A stretch of DNA of 63,725 nt, filler included, from Octopus bimaculoides (lineage: Eukaryota): NCBI RefSeq assembly GCF_001194135.2. It is 5 parts of 5 records of this genome, joined end to end, with 100 filler letters (N's around TTAATTAATTAA, not from the genome) between each part and the next. Parts side by side here need not be neighbours in the genome. Positions count along the whole stretch, not along the records: positions 61,914 to 63,725 come from NW_026321681.1; 4 more parts are not named here. The stretch is one strand, 5' to 3'. The stretch's first letter is position 1. Each line of letters begins with the position of its first letter. Position numbers and translations under genes: made by a program. Positions 62,476-63,725 of the stretch are shown one piece after another. The notes beneath the pieces were generated by a model. It did no database searches, was not told the DNA's origin, and saw only the letters and a program-made list of their open reading frames with translations.

Positions 62476-63029
62476 AATCTAATTGGTAGTACCAGTTCAA
62501 TTCATGCGATACGAACAAAAGTATGCCAGCCGTAATCATCCCGTCCTTCACACAGGTATTGTTGTGCACCGTTGTTAAGATTGTCCGATAGAGGTGAACT
62601 CCTATTCTGGAGTCGTTTTGAAACGATTGTGAGAATGAGACAGAAAATGAAAAATCTAGTCGGAAACGAAATGTTAGTTTATGAATACACACTGCTACAA
62701 GAATCCAAATGTTGCATTTTCATACTCAGACCATAAAGAGTGATGGATGCTCGGATGAAAAAAATTCGATGACAATGCAGGTATTTTTTTCTCTTTATAA
62801 TTACATAAACATGTGGAGAGCTAAATGGAAGGGGAAAAAAAAACTCCTAGCTGTTTGCAAATCTCATTTCTTGTAAAAAAAATAATTGGTCTGTATGAAC
62901 CATTTCCATTAAAGTAAACAGGGTTTGTTACATGTAACGTAAATAACGTCTCGAAATATTACATAAATTTAGAAAAAATTAGGAATGTTACATATATTTA
63001 GAAATATTCATGAATATTATATAAAAAGC

Positions 63030-63415
63030 GTGGCATAGGTGTATGGCAAAGAAGCTCCATTTGCAACCATATGGTTTAGGGTTCAGTTCCACTACGCGAA
63101 ATCTTGGGCAAGAGTCTTCTACTACTCTCTTGGAGTGACCAAAGCTTTATAAGTGAATTTGATAGATGGAAACTATGCGAAAGCCCGTCGTATGTGTGTG
63201 TGTGTGTGTGTGTATACTTCCACTTCTTGACAAACGATGTTGGTTTATTTACGCCCCCATAACCCAGCGGTTCAGCGAAAAGAAAAGCGATAAAATAAGT
63301 GCCAGATTTCAAAAAATAACATTAAGTAGGGAGGTCAAATTGTTTGACTAAACCCTCCAAAGTGGTGCCCCAGCATGGCCACAGTGCAATGACTGAAACA
63401 AGTAAAAGATGTAAG
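63030..63415 (+). mobile_element. tRNA-derived SINE, family 1, diverged
   Basis: Head gcataggtgtatggc...gttcagttccact; tail gtggtgccccagcatggccacagtgcaatgactgaaacaagtaaaag. Confidence 0.8.
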
Positions 63416-63725
63416 TTAGGGAATATTCGAGTAGCGTTTATAGAGACGCGTCTTTGTTTTTGGTTTGTGATTTGTCTTAAAATTTCACTTTCATTTTAAT
63501 CCGACCCGAAGCTAGGACTTAACCCCAATTTATCCTGCTTTTCTAAGTTGGTTCTGAATATAATTTGAAGAAGATTGACTGCTATTTTTAGCGGGTCAGA
63601 CGACCGCATAGAGTCTTCTTCGTTGGTTTACTGTGAACAGTACATATAGACATACATCGACACTCTGATGTAAAATGGAACTCGACTGAGCATAAGAAGC
63701 TCCGAATGACCCGTCCTTGTTTTTT

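Overview
AT-rich, microsatellite-rich eukaryotic scaffold with many N gaps. The SINE/LINE families and the receptor gene point to an octopus (cephalopod) genome; this is inferred from repeat recognition, not from a database search. Main gene content: (1) two spliceable minus-strand exons (27174-27283, 23274-23797) of a Cys-loop ligand-gated ion channel of nAChR architecture that lacks the canonical ACh-binding aromatics and vicinal cysteines, i.e. an atypical nAChR-like / chemotactile receptor (CR)-like subunit; its N-terminal and M3-M4 exons could not be located with confidence. (2) Three in-phase minus-strand exons (38497-38642, 37910-38203, 36972-37061) encoding the acidic, disordered C-terminus of an unidentified protein. 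The rest is mostly transposon debris: several tRNA-derived SINE families, RTE, CR1/L2 and R4/Dong-like LINE fragments, two Penelope-like elements (one with a ~140-codon Thr/Ser-rich insert inside its GIY-YIG nuclease), a decayed Gypsy pol with its 3' LTR, mariner and Chapaev-like fragments, Tc1/hAT MITEs and a Helitron-like 3' end. Repeats left of the 100-bp scaffold linker at 21542-21641 look CpG-depleted compared with those to the right. No CRISPR, rRNA or true tRNA gene was found.
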